DNA from: an uncultured Verrucomicrobiota bacterium
GTDB taxonomy: Bacteria; Verrucomicrobiota; Kiritimatiellia; CAIVKH01
Direction: 5' to 3'
Length of the DNA: 64,000 nucleotides
NCBI GenBank assembly: GCA_937872895.1
Contig: CALMUP010000003.1
Location: 72,170 to 136,169, forward strand
Shown: positions 1 through 8,724 of the stretch, in pieces
Numbering within the stretch: position 1 is the first letter of the stretch
Layout of the letters: the number at the start of each line of letters is the position of its first letter
Translations under genes and position numbers: made by a program
Notes under the pieces: model-generated
The model's input: the letters and a program-made list of their open reading frames with translations, nothing else
The model's database searches: none
What the model was told of the DNA's origin: nothing

Positions 1-772
1 ACGGCCACGAGCACACGGATCCCGTTCCGGGTGGCCGCGCGCACGATGTCGCGGAAATTCTCCGCGGCATGGCGGGCCATCACATCGAGCCGCGGATCGT
101 GATCGGCCAGCCGCACGCCGGAAAATTCCTCGAGGCCGGACCAGCGGGGCCATTCCCGTCCACCGGAAACGATCCGGTGGGCGAGTTCGGCCAGCGCCTG
201 ACCGACCCGGGTGTTGCGCACCCACAGGTTGGCGCGGATCAGCGGAAGCGAGGCATGGAAGCGACCGAATACCGAGGCGGGACCGTAGGGACCGATGGCC
301 TCGTTGTGGCCGGCCAGCAGGATCAGGACATCGGGATCGAGGTGCCGCATTTCGTTCGCCATGTGGCGGAGGATGTGGGAATTGACCCCGACCATCGTGG
401 CGTTGACCACCTCGATCGGCTGATCCGGAAACCGGTTGAGCCATTGATGCTCGAGCAGGCGGGCGAGGTTGAACTCGTCGTGCGGAAAGCCGGCGGCGGC
501 CGACTCGCCCAGCAGCACGACACGCCGCACCCCCGGCGTTCTTTCCTTGCGGACCCAGATTGGGCTCGGCCTCGGGACATCCACCCGGTTGAGGAACAGG
601 CGTCCGTAGGCGGGATTGCTGCGCAGATAGGTCGCGCCGCCCTGCTCCTCCGCGAGCAGGTAGCGCACGGGCGTGAACCAGCCGCCCACCCGGAGTACAC
701 CCTCGGACGCCAGGAATACGAGCAACGGGGTCGCCGCGGCGAGTACTACTTTTTTCAAGATGCTGGATACCA
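1..772 (-). CDS. SGNH/GDSL-type hydrolase-like membrane-anchored protein (partial, C-terminus outside window)
   Basis: Own reverse-complement translation from ATG at 772..770: MVSSILKKVVLAAATPLLVFLASEGV... with an N-terminal TM anchor. SGNH-like blocks VLLGESAAAGFP and LILLAGHNEAIG. Paralogous to the 28295..30205 protein (VLIGESAAKGYP / IFYVGNNEF). The + strand ORF 69..908 in the track is its antisense shadow. Confidence 0.55.
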
Positions 773-876
773 TGGTCCGCTTCCGGAGATCGGTACGATG
801 ACATCCGCGCTTCCGCTTGCCAACCATCAAGAGAACACCCCTGCGACGGTCCGGATGGTCAACCCGGGGAGCCGCA

Positions 877-1743
877 GGCATGATCTCCGCCCGGCATCTT
901 TACGATGACCTGCGGTCATTGTACCATGTGCACATGCTTTGCTATCTCGGACATGGCCAGCGACGGTTCGGCATCCATCCGATGTATGTTCACCATCGCG
1001 CCAACTGGGAGTTCTTTGCCGTGGTGAAAGGATCCTGCGCGCTTGTGCGGCAGGACAACCAGCCGGAAGCGCTTCACGCCCGGCGACTCTGGCTGATCGC
1101 GCCGACCTTGGCCCACGGCTGGTCCGGCCGGGGTAGCCAAGGGTGCACCGTCGCGGTCTTCCATTTTTCGCGCGTACCCCGGATGGTTGAGCGGATGGCC
1201 GAGCACCGCGGCGTGGTGGAGATCGCCGTATCCGCCTCCCAGTGCCAACGGATCATGCAACTCGCCACCCAGCTAAAACCGCACTACGAGCGAATGACCG
1301 GCCGCAGCCTGTTGTTGTTCGAGCAGGCTCTCCTTGAATTGTCGTTGCTGCTTCCCGACGACGGCGTGGCCGCGGCCCCGGCGGAGTCGCGCATGGACTT
1401 CGCCGTACGCAAAGTGGAGGCGGCCATCACCTGGTACCTGGAGAACCTCGCCCACCGGCCCACACTGGAGGAGGTGGCATCGTCCGTGGCCATCTCGTCA
1501 CGCCACCTGCGGCGACTCTTCCTTGACGTGAAGCAGCAACCGCCGACCGCCTTTTTCCGGGAGCTGCGCCTGCAGCGCGCGCTCGACCTCCTGGAACGTG
1601 GCGAGGAGAAGCAGGCGGCCATCGTCCGCACGTGCGGGTTCTCCTCCGCCAGCGATTTCTGCCGGGTGTTCAAGGCCCACCACGGCATCTCGCCCGCCGC
1701 ATGGAGGCAGCGCGCGGCGGTTCAGGGCACACGCACCCGGTAG
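877..1743 (+). CDS. AraC family transcriptional regulator
   Basis: C-terminal AraC-type HTH (TLEEVASSVAISSRHLRRLF ... TCGFSSASDFCRVFKAHHGISPAAWR). Divergent from the SGNH gene. Start uncertain (track ORF begins at 817; Met at 877 chosen). Confidence 0.7.
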   Translation, partial: GMISARHLYDDLRSLYHVHMLCYLGHGQRRFGIHPMYVHHRANWEFFAVVKGSCALVRQDNQPEALHARRLWLIAPTLAHGWSGRGSQGCTVAVFHFSRVPRMVERMAEHRGVVEIAVSASQCQRIMQLATQLKPHYERMTGRSLLLFEQALLELSLLLPDDGVAAAPAESRMDFAVRKVEAAITWYLENLAHRPTLEEVASSVAISSRHLRRLFLDVKQQPPTAFFRELRLQRALDLLERGEEKQAAIVRTCGFSSASDFCRVFKAHHGISPAAWRQRAAVQGTRTR

Positions 1744-4700
1744 TAACGCTGGCCGGTGGGTGACTGACCCGGCGCCGTGCCGGTCTGCGATCCGTCGTCG
1801 TACCAAAGGATCGCGCTACCCGATCCGGTGAACGATCCCGGAACAAACATCCATGCGGAATGGTTGGAGAGGGAATCGCTCCATCCCAGCGAGTACGTCA
1901 AACCCGCGACCCCCGGCCAGGCCACGAGGATGCTCGCCGCGTTCGAGGCAACGTGGGCCGAGGATGTGGTGATCGCGAGCAGCGAATTCGCCGACATCGG
2001 ATCCGTACCGGTCCGGTATTCCTCAAGGTTCGTCATCCCGTCCAGATCCGCATCACACGAGGCACAGGACATGGCATTGGTCTCCGCGCTGCCAAAGTGG
2101 AAAAGCCTCCATGCGTCGGTGATGCCATCGCCCGCGCTATCCGGGCCGAGGTCATACCGGCGCTCGCCGCTGAACGCATCCTCGCGGATCAGTACGCGTT
2201 GTGCCGTTCCGTCGTAGGCCCAGCCGAAACCCGACGAGGCCAGCGCCGCCGGATTCGCGCGTTTCGGCAGGGGGACGCCATCGCGTTCCACGCCATGCGG
2301 TTCGGGGGCAAGCACCTCGATCACCACGGGGCGCGGTGGCGACGTCAGCACCATCGAAACCACGGTGCCGGTGGTGGCACAGGTCATGCGTGCGCCATCG
2401 TACACCTCGAACGAGGCGGCCGGTCCGGGATAGACGCGGAAGGACAACGCAGCATCCATCGAGGGAATGCCCGCATGGCCGGTGTATTCCGGACCCAGCA
2501 GTGTTTGCACATTCGTCGGAAGCATCGGCACGATCGAACCGGCGCGCACAAAGACCGGGAACAACCGCTGGTCGGCGTTGGTCCAGGTGATCACCTGGCC
2601 TCCCGGATGATAGGCGTTGTTCCAGAAGTCATGCCAGCCCCCCGCGGGCAGGTACACGTCCCGGCTCACCGCCTGGTTGGTGATGATGACCGCGACCAGC
2701 AATTCATTCCCGAACAGGTAGGTGTGGTTGATCCCGTGGGTGTTGGGGTCATCCGGATACAGCAGGACCAAGGGTCGGATCACCGGAAGCCCCCGTTCAC
2801 GGGAAGCCTTGGCATACGAGTACCGGTACGGGAACAGGGCGGTGTGCAGGTGCGCATAGAAGTGGTAGTTGCTCTCGGCCTGCGGTCCGTAACTCCATGG
2901 GAACTGGCGGCCGGTGCCAACCTGGCGATGCATCTGCATCAGCGGCGAGAAGGCGCCGAACTGCGTCCATCGCATGAACAGGTTGGATGGCGTGGAACTG
3001 TGGTTGCCGTCCTGGTAGCCGCCGATGTCGTGGCTCCAGATGGAATAGCCGCTCATCGCCGCGGATTGACCGGCCACGATGGCGGTGGGCAGACCATTCG
3101 CCACCCCGAAGTTGGGCTCGTTGTCACCCGCCCAGTAGGCGGGAAAGGCGTGGGTCCCGGTAAAGCCGCTGCGGGAAAAAAGGATGCCGTTCGTCCCGAG
3201 CACGTTCCAGATGGACCGGTGGTATTCGATGGAAAAGCCGTTGCGCATTTCCACACCGGTCCGGCCATCATGGTATACCGCGCTGGTCGGAATGAACGTG
3301 TCGGTGAACGTGCCGGTTTCGCCGTCATCGGTCTTGAATCCACCGATGACCCCTCCGCTCTGGGTGACCAGGTTGCTGAGCTGGGCCATGATCCACAGGC
3401 GCGCATCCGGGTTGGTGAAATCCACCGGACTGCCACGCCCTTTCCACCAGGGCGAAACGAGGGGCGGCCCTCCCGGCGAAGCGCGGACGAAGTAACCCGC
3501 CGCGGCTGCGGCGTTGTAGTTCGAGGCCCGCCCGGTATTCTGTCCGGGCACGCCTCCGGGTCCGTACTCACCCGTGTGCTCGACAAAGGAATTCGTGTTG
3601 ATGAAGGGCGTCATCCAGCAGATGACCTTGTACCCGTTCGTACGGATGAAGGTCATCATGTCGCCGACCGAGGCGAATCCCGGCCAGTTCTGCGGAGCCT
3701 CGCCCGGCACGTTGCTGGTCTGGCCCAGCCCGAACTGCGTCATGTTCCAGGTGAAGTCGTTGTAGGCGGTCTCCCACGGGGAGTCGAAGACGATCACCGA
3801 ACCGGGGATGTTGCGTTCGCGCAGCTTGGTGATCAGGAAGCGCACCTCGCCGCCGGTGCGCCAGATGTCCGACGAGATCCACGGCGCAAAAGCCCAGGCC
3901 GGCGGAACCTGTGGCCGTCCCGTGTAGGCCGTGTAGCGTTCGAGGACATTGGTCAGCGTGGGGCCGTACACCACGCGGAATCGAAGCGACGGAAAAAGGT
4001 TGCTCGACGCCCACCGGTTGGTGGCGGCAAAACGCATATCGAAGTAGCTTTCCGCCGAGGATTCCAGGTGGAAGCCATAGCCGCGGGTGCTTACGAACCA
4101 GGGCGCGACCTTGTAGGACAGATCCCCCTTGTCCCCCGGCGGATCCCACGTGAGGATGCGGATATTGCGGCCGGACTGGTCGAACGCATTGAATTTCTCG
4201 CCGAAGCCGTACACGCGTTCCGATGCCGGCGACACGGCGGATACCGCGGTGCGCTCAACCGGCAGGCCGCCCCAGTGGAGCACCTCGTATTGCACCACAC
4301 CCTCGCCGGTAAACACCATCCGCGACACGATCGAGGTCTGCGCCAGCCGCTGCACCAGCTCGACCCCGTTGCTGACCGGGTTCACGCCCAGCACTTCCCC
4401 GATCAGCAGGGTTTCACCGCCCGCCACCACTTCCATCGGATCAAACTGGATGGTTTGCGCAAGCGGGTTCCCCGCCCGGTCCGGACCGGAGATGGCCAGG
4501 TGACCTGACGCCATCTGCACCCTTGCCCGGACTTCGCCCTCCGCGATGGTGTTGGTAATCTCCACAAACGCTCCTCCGGGCATGTCGGACCAGCGCACGG
4601 CCACCGTGAACGGATCCTGCCGGGCCAGTTCCTCGACATCGGTCTTGAAGGACACGAGGTCGTTGCCATACAGGAACGTGGTCAAATGCGTGTCATAGGC

Positions 4701-5588
4701 GATGCGCAGGTAATACTGGATGGCATCGCCCGGCCGGAACGACGACACGGGCAGCACCGCCCGGTAATACTTGTTGATGCTGCCAAAGCCGCTCGGTCCT
4801 TGCGCCACGAACACCATGCCGGTCGCCCGCCATACCGAATCGGTCGCGGCCTTGTAATACACCATGCTGCCGGACTGCAACTGGTTGCCGGGATTGCCCC
4901 CGGGCCCGGTATCCTGGTTGCCGCTGTACACATGGAGCACGGTGGTGGTGAACACCGGACCGGGCGGATGCCGCATCGCCTCTCCGCCGAGGTTTGCATC
5001 GGCCAGGACGGGTACGTGAAAGGACTCGCCGGCGATGGGGCGGAAATCCGGACGTTGCGCAACGGCCAACCGGTCAATGCGCGCTCCGTCCTCCCGCATC
5101 CACAGATGCACACGGTTCGACCCGGCGGCCGGAACCACGATGGTCGCCACTCCGGATGCCGTGGCATTGGTCCACGTCCATGCATTCAACGTGAACTGCC
5201 AGGTCATGTTTGAAGCGCCCGCGGGACTGCCGTTGACCCCGACATGCGCCGAATCCTCATTGAGGTTCTCGGCATACCCCCGCAACCAGACGTAGTGCGT
5301 GCCCGAGGTGGCAAAGCCGACCGGGAACACCAGTTCGGGGCTGGTATTGGTCCATGTCGCATTGAAGTTCGCCCCGGTATTCGGGAGCGCCTGCACATAC
5401 CCGGAGCCGTAGTAGCCCGGAACCTGGTTGGTGATCACCCAGGAATGCCCCGACCGGTTGACCGCGGAGGAAAACAGTTCGGCCTCGACCACGACAACCC
5501 CGCCCGACACCGGGGTCAGCTGCGCGGCAGCCGCCCCCACCACGAGCATCCACACAGCAACCCACCCGACACCCCTCTTCGCGTTCAT
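1722..5588 (-). CDS. Secreted glycoside hydrolase family 31 protein with N-terminal CBM-like beta-sandwich domains and a C-terminal TSP3-like Ca-binding segment
   Basis: Signal peptide MNAKRGVGWVAVWMLVVGAAAAQ with GGGAGG 7 nt upstream of ATG at 5588. GH31 catalytic motifs GGFKTDDGE (YicI-type nucleophile region), YWAGDNEPNF (acid/base) and SHDIGGY. N-terminal approx 350 aa is CBM/malectin-like. C-terminal CDADLDGMTNLEEYRTGTDP is calcium-binding-repeat-like. Confidence 0.8.
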   Translation of the reverse strand: MNAKRGVGWVAVWMLVVGAAAAQLTPVSGGVVVVEAELFSSAVNRSGHSWVITNQVPGYYGSGYVQALPNTGANFNATWTNTSPELVFPVGFATSGTHYVWLRGYAENLNEDSAHVGVNGSPAGASNMTWQFTLNAWTWTNATASGVATIVVPAAGSNRVHLWMREDGARIDRLAVAQRPDFRPIAGESFHVPVLADANLGGEAMRHPPGPVFTTTVLHVYSGNQDTGPGGNPGNQLQSGSMVYYKAATDSVWRATGMVFVAQGPSGFGSINKYYRAVLPVSSFRPGDAIQYYLRIAYDTHLTTFLYGNDLVSFKTDVEELARQDPFTVAVRWSDMPGGAFVEITNTIAEGEVRARVQMASGHLAISGPDRAGNPLAQTIQFDPMEVVAGGETLLIGEVLGVNPVSNGVELVQRLAQTSIVSRMVFTGEGVVQYEVLHWGGLPVERTAVSAVSPASERVYGFGEKFNAFDQSGRNIRILTWDPPGDKGDLSYKVAPWFVSTRGYGFHLESSAESYFDMRFAATNRWASSNLFPSLRFRVVYGPTLTNVLERYTAYTGRPQVPPAWAFAPWISSDIWRTGGEVRFLITKLRERNIPGSVIVFDSPWETAYNDFTWNMTQFGLGQTSNVPGEAPQNWPGFASVGDMMTFIRTNGYKVICWMTPFINTNSFVEHTGEYGPGGVPGQNTGRASNYNAAAAAGYFVRASPGGPPLVSPWWKGRGSPVDFTNPDARLWIMAQLSNLVTQSGGVIGGFKTDDGETGTFTDTFIPTSAVYHDGRTGVEMRNGFSIEYHRSIWNVLGTNGILFSRSGFTGTHAFPAYWAGDNEPNFGVANGLPTAIVAGQSAAMSGYSIWSHDIGGYQDGNHSSTPSNLFMRWTQFGAFSPLMQMHRQVGTGRQFPWSYGPQAESNYHFYAHLHTALFPYRYSYAKASRERGLPVIRPLVLLYPDDPNTHGINHTYLFGNELLVAVIITNQAVSRDVYLPAGGWHDFWNNAYHPGGQVITWTNADQRLFPVFVRAGSIVPMLPTNVQTLLGPEYTGHAGIPSMDAALSFRVYPGPAASFEVYDGARMTCATTGTVVSMVLTSPPRPVVIEVLAPEPHGVERDGVPLPKRANPAALASSGFGWAYDGTAQRVLIREDAFSGERRYDLGPDSAGDGITDAWRLFHFGSAETNAMSCASCDADLDGMTNLEEYRTGTDPMSANSLLAITTSSAHVASNAASILVAWPGVAGLTYSLGWSDSLSNHSAWMFVPGSFTGSGSAILWYDDGSQTGTAPGQSPTGQRYYRVRVP

Positions 5589-5743
5589 GAACACCTCCCG
5601 GCCAAGGCATGCCACCGCAAGACACGGGGCAGAAGCCGTCGGCACGGAACATCACCGTACGCCAACCCGGAGGCGAAGGGTAGACCGCGGGAGGGACAGG
5701 TGATTGACAAGTTCGGACATGGGCCGTCGGCCGGTCCGTGCGA

Positions 5744-6379
5744 CTACAGCGCGGACTCGGGATTCCAAAGCAGCGTCTTGCCGTGCGAGGATGTACGGTT
5801 GGTCACGGACATCACGCTGCCGTCGGCGAACAGGGCGTTTGCCGTGTTGGTGCGGCCGTGGCGGAACAGCAGGTCATTCTGGCCTCCGTAGGCCGTGGGC
5901 GTCCTGGCGTCGAACAGCACGATGAAACGGGTCGGCTGGGCGAGGTGGGAGCGGCGCAAGGCCGGAACCCCGATCGCGCCGGACGTGCGGTTCGCGACAT
6001 AAATCTGGTCGTTCATGGCATAACCGACCCGTACCGGGGCATTGGCCGGGAAATCGGCCGCGGTTGAACTGGGGCAGGAGTAGATGCTGCCGTCGCCGGG
6101 ACGGGGCGGCGTGCCGCCAGGCTGCCACCGCGCGGTTTGTCCGACATAACCGGCCGTGGTGGCGTACCAGTTGGTGGTGGGAAACAATCCATCGTTATCG
6201 CCTTGGAACGCGGATACCGCCCCGCCCCATTCGCGCAACTGGGCCAGGCATTTCACCGTGTTGGCTTTTTGCCGGGCCGAGGTGATGGTGGGCACGACCA
6301 GGGCCACGAGAATGGCGATGATGGTGATGACCACGAGCAACTCGACCAGGGTAAAGGCATGTCTTGTTTTTCTATTCAT
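5744..6379 (-). CDS. Prepilin-type N-terminal cleavage/methylation domain protein (DUF1559 / H-X9-DG family pseudopilin)
   Basis: MNRKTRHAFTLVELLVVITIIAILVALVVP prepilin leader plus hydrophobic helix. C-terminal HGRTNTANALFADGSV matches the H-X9-DG motif typical of the Planctomycetes/Verrucomicrobia DUF1559 family. Confidence 0.75.
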   Translation of the reverse strand: MNRKTRHAFTLVELLVVITIIAILVALVVPTITSARQKANTVKCLAQLREWGGAVSAFQGDNDGLFPTTNWYATTAGYVGQTARWQPGGTPPRPGDGSIYSCPSSTAADFPANAPVRVGYAMNDQIYVANRTSGAIGVPALRRSHLAQPTRFIVLFDARTPTAYGGQNDLLFRHGRTNTANALFADGSVMSVTNRTSSHGKTLLWNPESAL

Positions 6380-6469
6380 GGCGTGGATCCCCGCACAGAT
6401 CATCACCATACCCTTTACACGAAATGGCGGCAAGGGTGAACCAAAAACGCTTTACCGCATGAGGCTCCT

Positions 6470-7552
6470 TCACATGGAAACCGCTTGCTCGGCAACGGCC
6501 TGGGCGGTCATCGAGATTTCCGCGGCGGCGAAGGCGTGGTCCTGGGTCATCGCGGTTTCGGTTCGGTGGAGGACATCGAGCAGCAGGCGGCCGAAGAACG
6601 GGAAACCGACCTGGCCGGCGACGTCGAACCGCCGCTCGCCGTGGCGGTCGACGAGGTAGACCTGGTCGCCCATGCGGTCGGTGGCGATGTCGACATATTT
6701 CCTAAGCTCGAGGTATCCGTCGGTGCCCTGGATCAGCGTTCGTCCGTCACCCCAGGTGCGCAAGCCGTCGGGGGTGAACCAGTCGACGCGGAAATAAAAC
6801 GAGGCGCCGTTGTCGCCGACGACCATCGCTTCGCCGAAGTCCTCGAGGCCGGGGTGTTCGGGATGGTGGTGGTTCGCGACGCGGGCGGCGGTGACACGGC
6901 CGTGCGTGGCCCCGGTGTAATACAGGAACTGCTCGCACTGGTGGCTGCCGATGTCGGTGAGGATGCCGCCGTAGCGCGCCTTGTCGAAGAACCAGGCCGG
7001 GCGCGACGGGGCGTTGAGGCGGTGCGGTCCGAGGCCGAGCACGTGGATGACCCGGCCGATCGCGCCCCGGGCGATCAGGTCGCCGGCGAACACCGCGGCC
7101 TCGTTGTGCAACCGCTCGCTGTAATAGACGAGGTACTTGCGCCCGGTGGCGGCGACGGCGCGGCGGACCTCGGCGAGCTGGGCGAGCGTGGTGAAGGGCG
7201 ACTTGTCGGTGAAGTAGTCCTTGCCGGCGGCCATGACCCGCAGGCCGAGCGGGGCGCGTTCGCTCGGCACGGCGGCGGAGGCGACGAGCCGCACGTCGGG
7301 ATCGGCCAGCACTTCGTCGAGCGAACGAGCCACCTGCGCCTCGGGGTAGGCGCGCTGGAAGGCGGCGGCTTTTTCCGGATCGGGATCGTACACCCAGCGC
7401 AGGGTGCCGCCGGCTTCGCGCAGGCCGTTGGTCTGGCCGTAGATATGGCCGTGGTCGAGCGCGACGGCGGCGAACACGCAGTCGCCGGGTGCGCAGACCG
7501 GCGCGGGTTTGCCGCGCGGCGCGTAGGTCATGCCGTCGCGGTGCGCGGTCAC
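6470..7552 (-). CDS. Gfo/Idh/MocA family oxidoreductase (non-canonical N-terminal dinucleotide motif)
   Basis: Gfo/Idh/MocA-like C-terminal alpha/beta domain. Translationally coupled (4-nt overlap) to the upstream paralog. N-terminal GxGxxG is degenerate. Confidence 0.6.
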   Translation of the reverse strand: MTAHRDGMTYAPRGKPAPVCAPGDCVFAAVALDHGHIYGQTNGLREAGGTLRWVYDPDPEKAAAFQRAYPEAQVARSLDEVLADPDVRLVASAAVPSERAPLGLRVMAAGKDYFTDKSPFTTLAQLAEVRRAVAATGRKYLVYYSERLHNEAAVFAGDLIARGAIGRVIHVLGLGPHRLNAPSRPAWFFDKARYGGILTDIGSHQCEQFLYYTGATHGRVTAARVANHHHPEHPGLEDFGEAMVVGDNGASFYFRVDWFTPDGLRTWGDGRTLIQGTDGYLELRKYVDIATDRMGDQVYLVDRHGERRFDVAGQVGFPFFGRLLLDVLHRTETAMTQDHAFAAAEISMTAQAVAEQAVSM

Positions 7553-8697
7553 CGGAAGGACCCCGTCATGTCGCCGGCATCGGCGGGGCGCACCGTCTTC
7601 TGGTTCGTGGAGGCGGCGATCTGCGCGTCGAGGTGGCGGGCGAACAACGCGGCATCGAGGGGCAAGGCGACGCGGCGGTTCTCCCAGGAGGACAACAGCA
7701 GGGCGTTGGCGAGTTCGACCGAGGCGAGGCCTTCCTGCGCCGGGGCGATCAGCGGTTCCTCGCCGCGGATGGCCGCAGCGAAGTTCCGCAGGATACCGAG
7801 GTGCTGCGGTCCGTGGTCGAGTCCCTCGAAGACCTCGACCTCCACCTTCGGCGCGGCGAACAGTTCCGGCGTGGTGCGGGAAAAGCCGGACATGGGCGAT
7901 TCGTTGCGGTGGAACACCAGCCGGTCGTGCTCGAGGACGAGGCGACCGTTTTCAGCGGCGATCTCCAGCCGGTTGGTCCCGGGCGCCTCGCCGGTGCCGG
8001 TGATGAACACGCCGTGGGTGCCATCCGCCCATTCGAGGTACGCGGTCACATCGTCCTCGACCTCGATGTCGTGGTAGCGGCCGAACGCGCAGAAACCGTT
8101 CACCGCCGCAGGGCTTCCGAACAACCAGCAGAGCATGTCGAGCTGGTGCGGGGCCTGGTTGAGCAGCACGCCCCCGCCCTCCCCGGCCCAGGTGGCGCGC
8201 CAGGCGCTCGAGTCGTAGTAAGCCTGGGTGCGGAACCAGTGGGTGCTGGTCCAGTGGATCCGCCGGATCGCGCCGAGGGTGCCGTTATGAATCAGGGAAC
8301 GGATCTTGAGGAAATATCCGTCGGTGCGCTGGTTGAACATCGCGGCGAACACCCGGTCGGGACGACGGTGCGCGGCGAGCAGGCGTTCGGCATCGCGCTT
8401 GTGCACGGAAATCGGCTTGTCCACCAGGACGTGCAGGCCGGCCTCCAGCGCGGCGATCCCGAGATCGGTGTGGGCATAATGCGGGGTGGCGATGATGACG
8501 GCATCGAGATCGGGTGCGGCGATCAAGGCCTCGCCGTGCCCGAAGGCGCGGGCATCGGGCCAGCGGGCGAGGCGGTCGAAACGGGGGTCGGCCACGGCGG
8601 CGAGCGATGCGCCCGGCACCTCGCCGGCGACCAGCCGGTCGGCGTAGGACGAACCCATGTTGCCGAGACCGATGATGCCGATGCGGAGGGATTGCAT
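7549..8697 (-). CDS. Gfo/Idh/MocA family NAD(P)-dependent oxidoreductase
   Basis: N-terminal Rossmann motif IGIIGLGNMGSSYA. Family-typical EKP-like region (VDKPIS) and C-terminal domain. Confidence 0.8.
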   Translation of the reverse strand: MQSLRIGIIGLGNMGSSYADRLVAGEVPGASLAAVADPRFDRLARWPDARAFGHGEALIAAPDLDAVIIATPHYAHTDLGIAALEAGLHVLVDKPISVHKRDAERLLAAHRRPDRVFAAMFNQRTDGYFLKIRSLIHNGTLGAIRRIHWTSTHWFRTQAYYDSSAWRATWAGEGGGVLLNQAPHQLDMLCWLFGSPAAVNGFCAFGRYHDIEVEDDVTAYLEWADGTHGVFITGTGEAPGTNRLEIAAENGRLVLEHDRLVFHRNESPMSGFSRTTPELFAAPKVEVEVFEGLDHGPQHLGILRNFAAAIRGEEPLIAPAQEGLASVELANALLLSSWENRRVALPLDAALFARHLDAQIAASTNQKTVRPADAGDMTGSFR

Positions 8698-8724
8698 GGG
8701 TGTACTCTCGCCGATCGGCGCGGA

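Noticed and set aside
69-908. 279-aa + strand ORF in the ORF track
   Set aside because: It is antisense to a coherent minus-strand SGNH-hydrolase-like gene (1..772, ATG at 772). The + frame translation is low-complexity, Gly/Arg/Pro-rich, typical of a high-GC shadow ORF.
1860-4508. 882-aa antisense ORF inside the GH31 gene, plus similar long antisense ORFs at 7489..10701, 10635..12353, 12238..13932, 15829..17166, 19151..21655, 25109..27334, 28181..29542, 33335..37813, 39383..41569, 39415..41569, 41807..44107, 44970..46283, 53362..54621 and 56644..59715
   Set aside because: All lie opposite genes with strong family motifs (GH31, ccsA/B, thrC, metH, ATP synthase, ccoI, ccoNO, ccoG and others). 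Their translations are Arg/Gly/Pro/Ala-rich with no motifs, which is the expected artefact of 65% GC with few stop codons in antisense frames.
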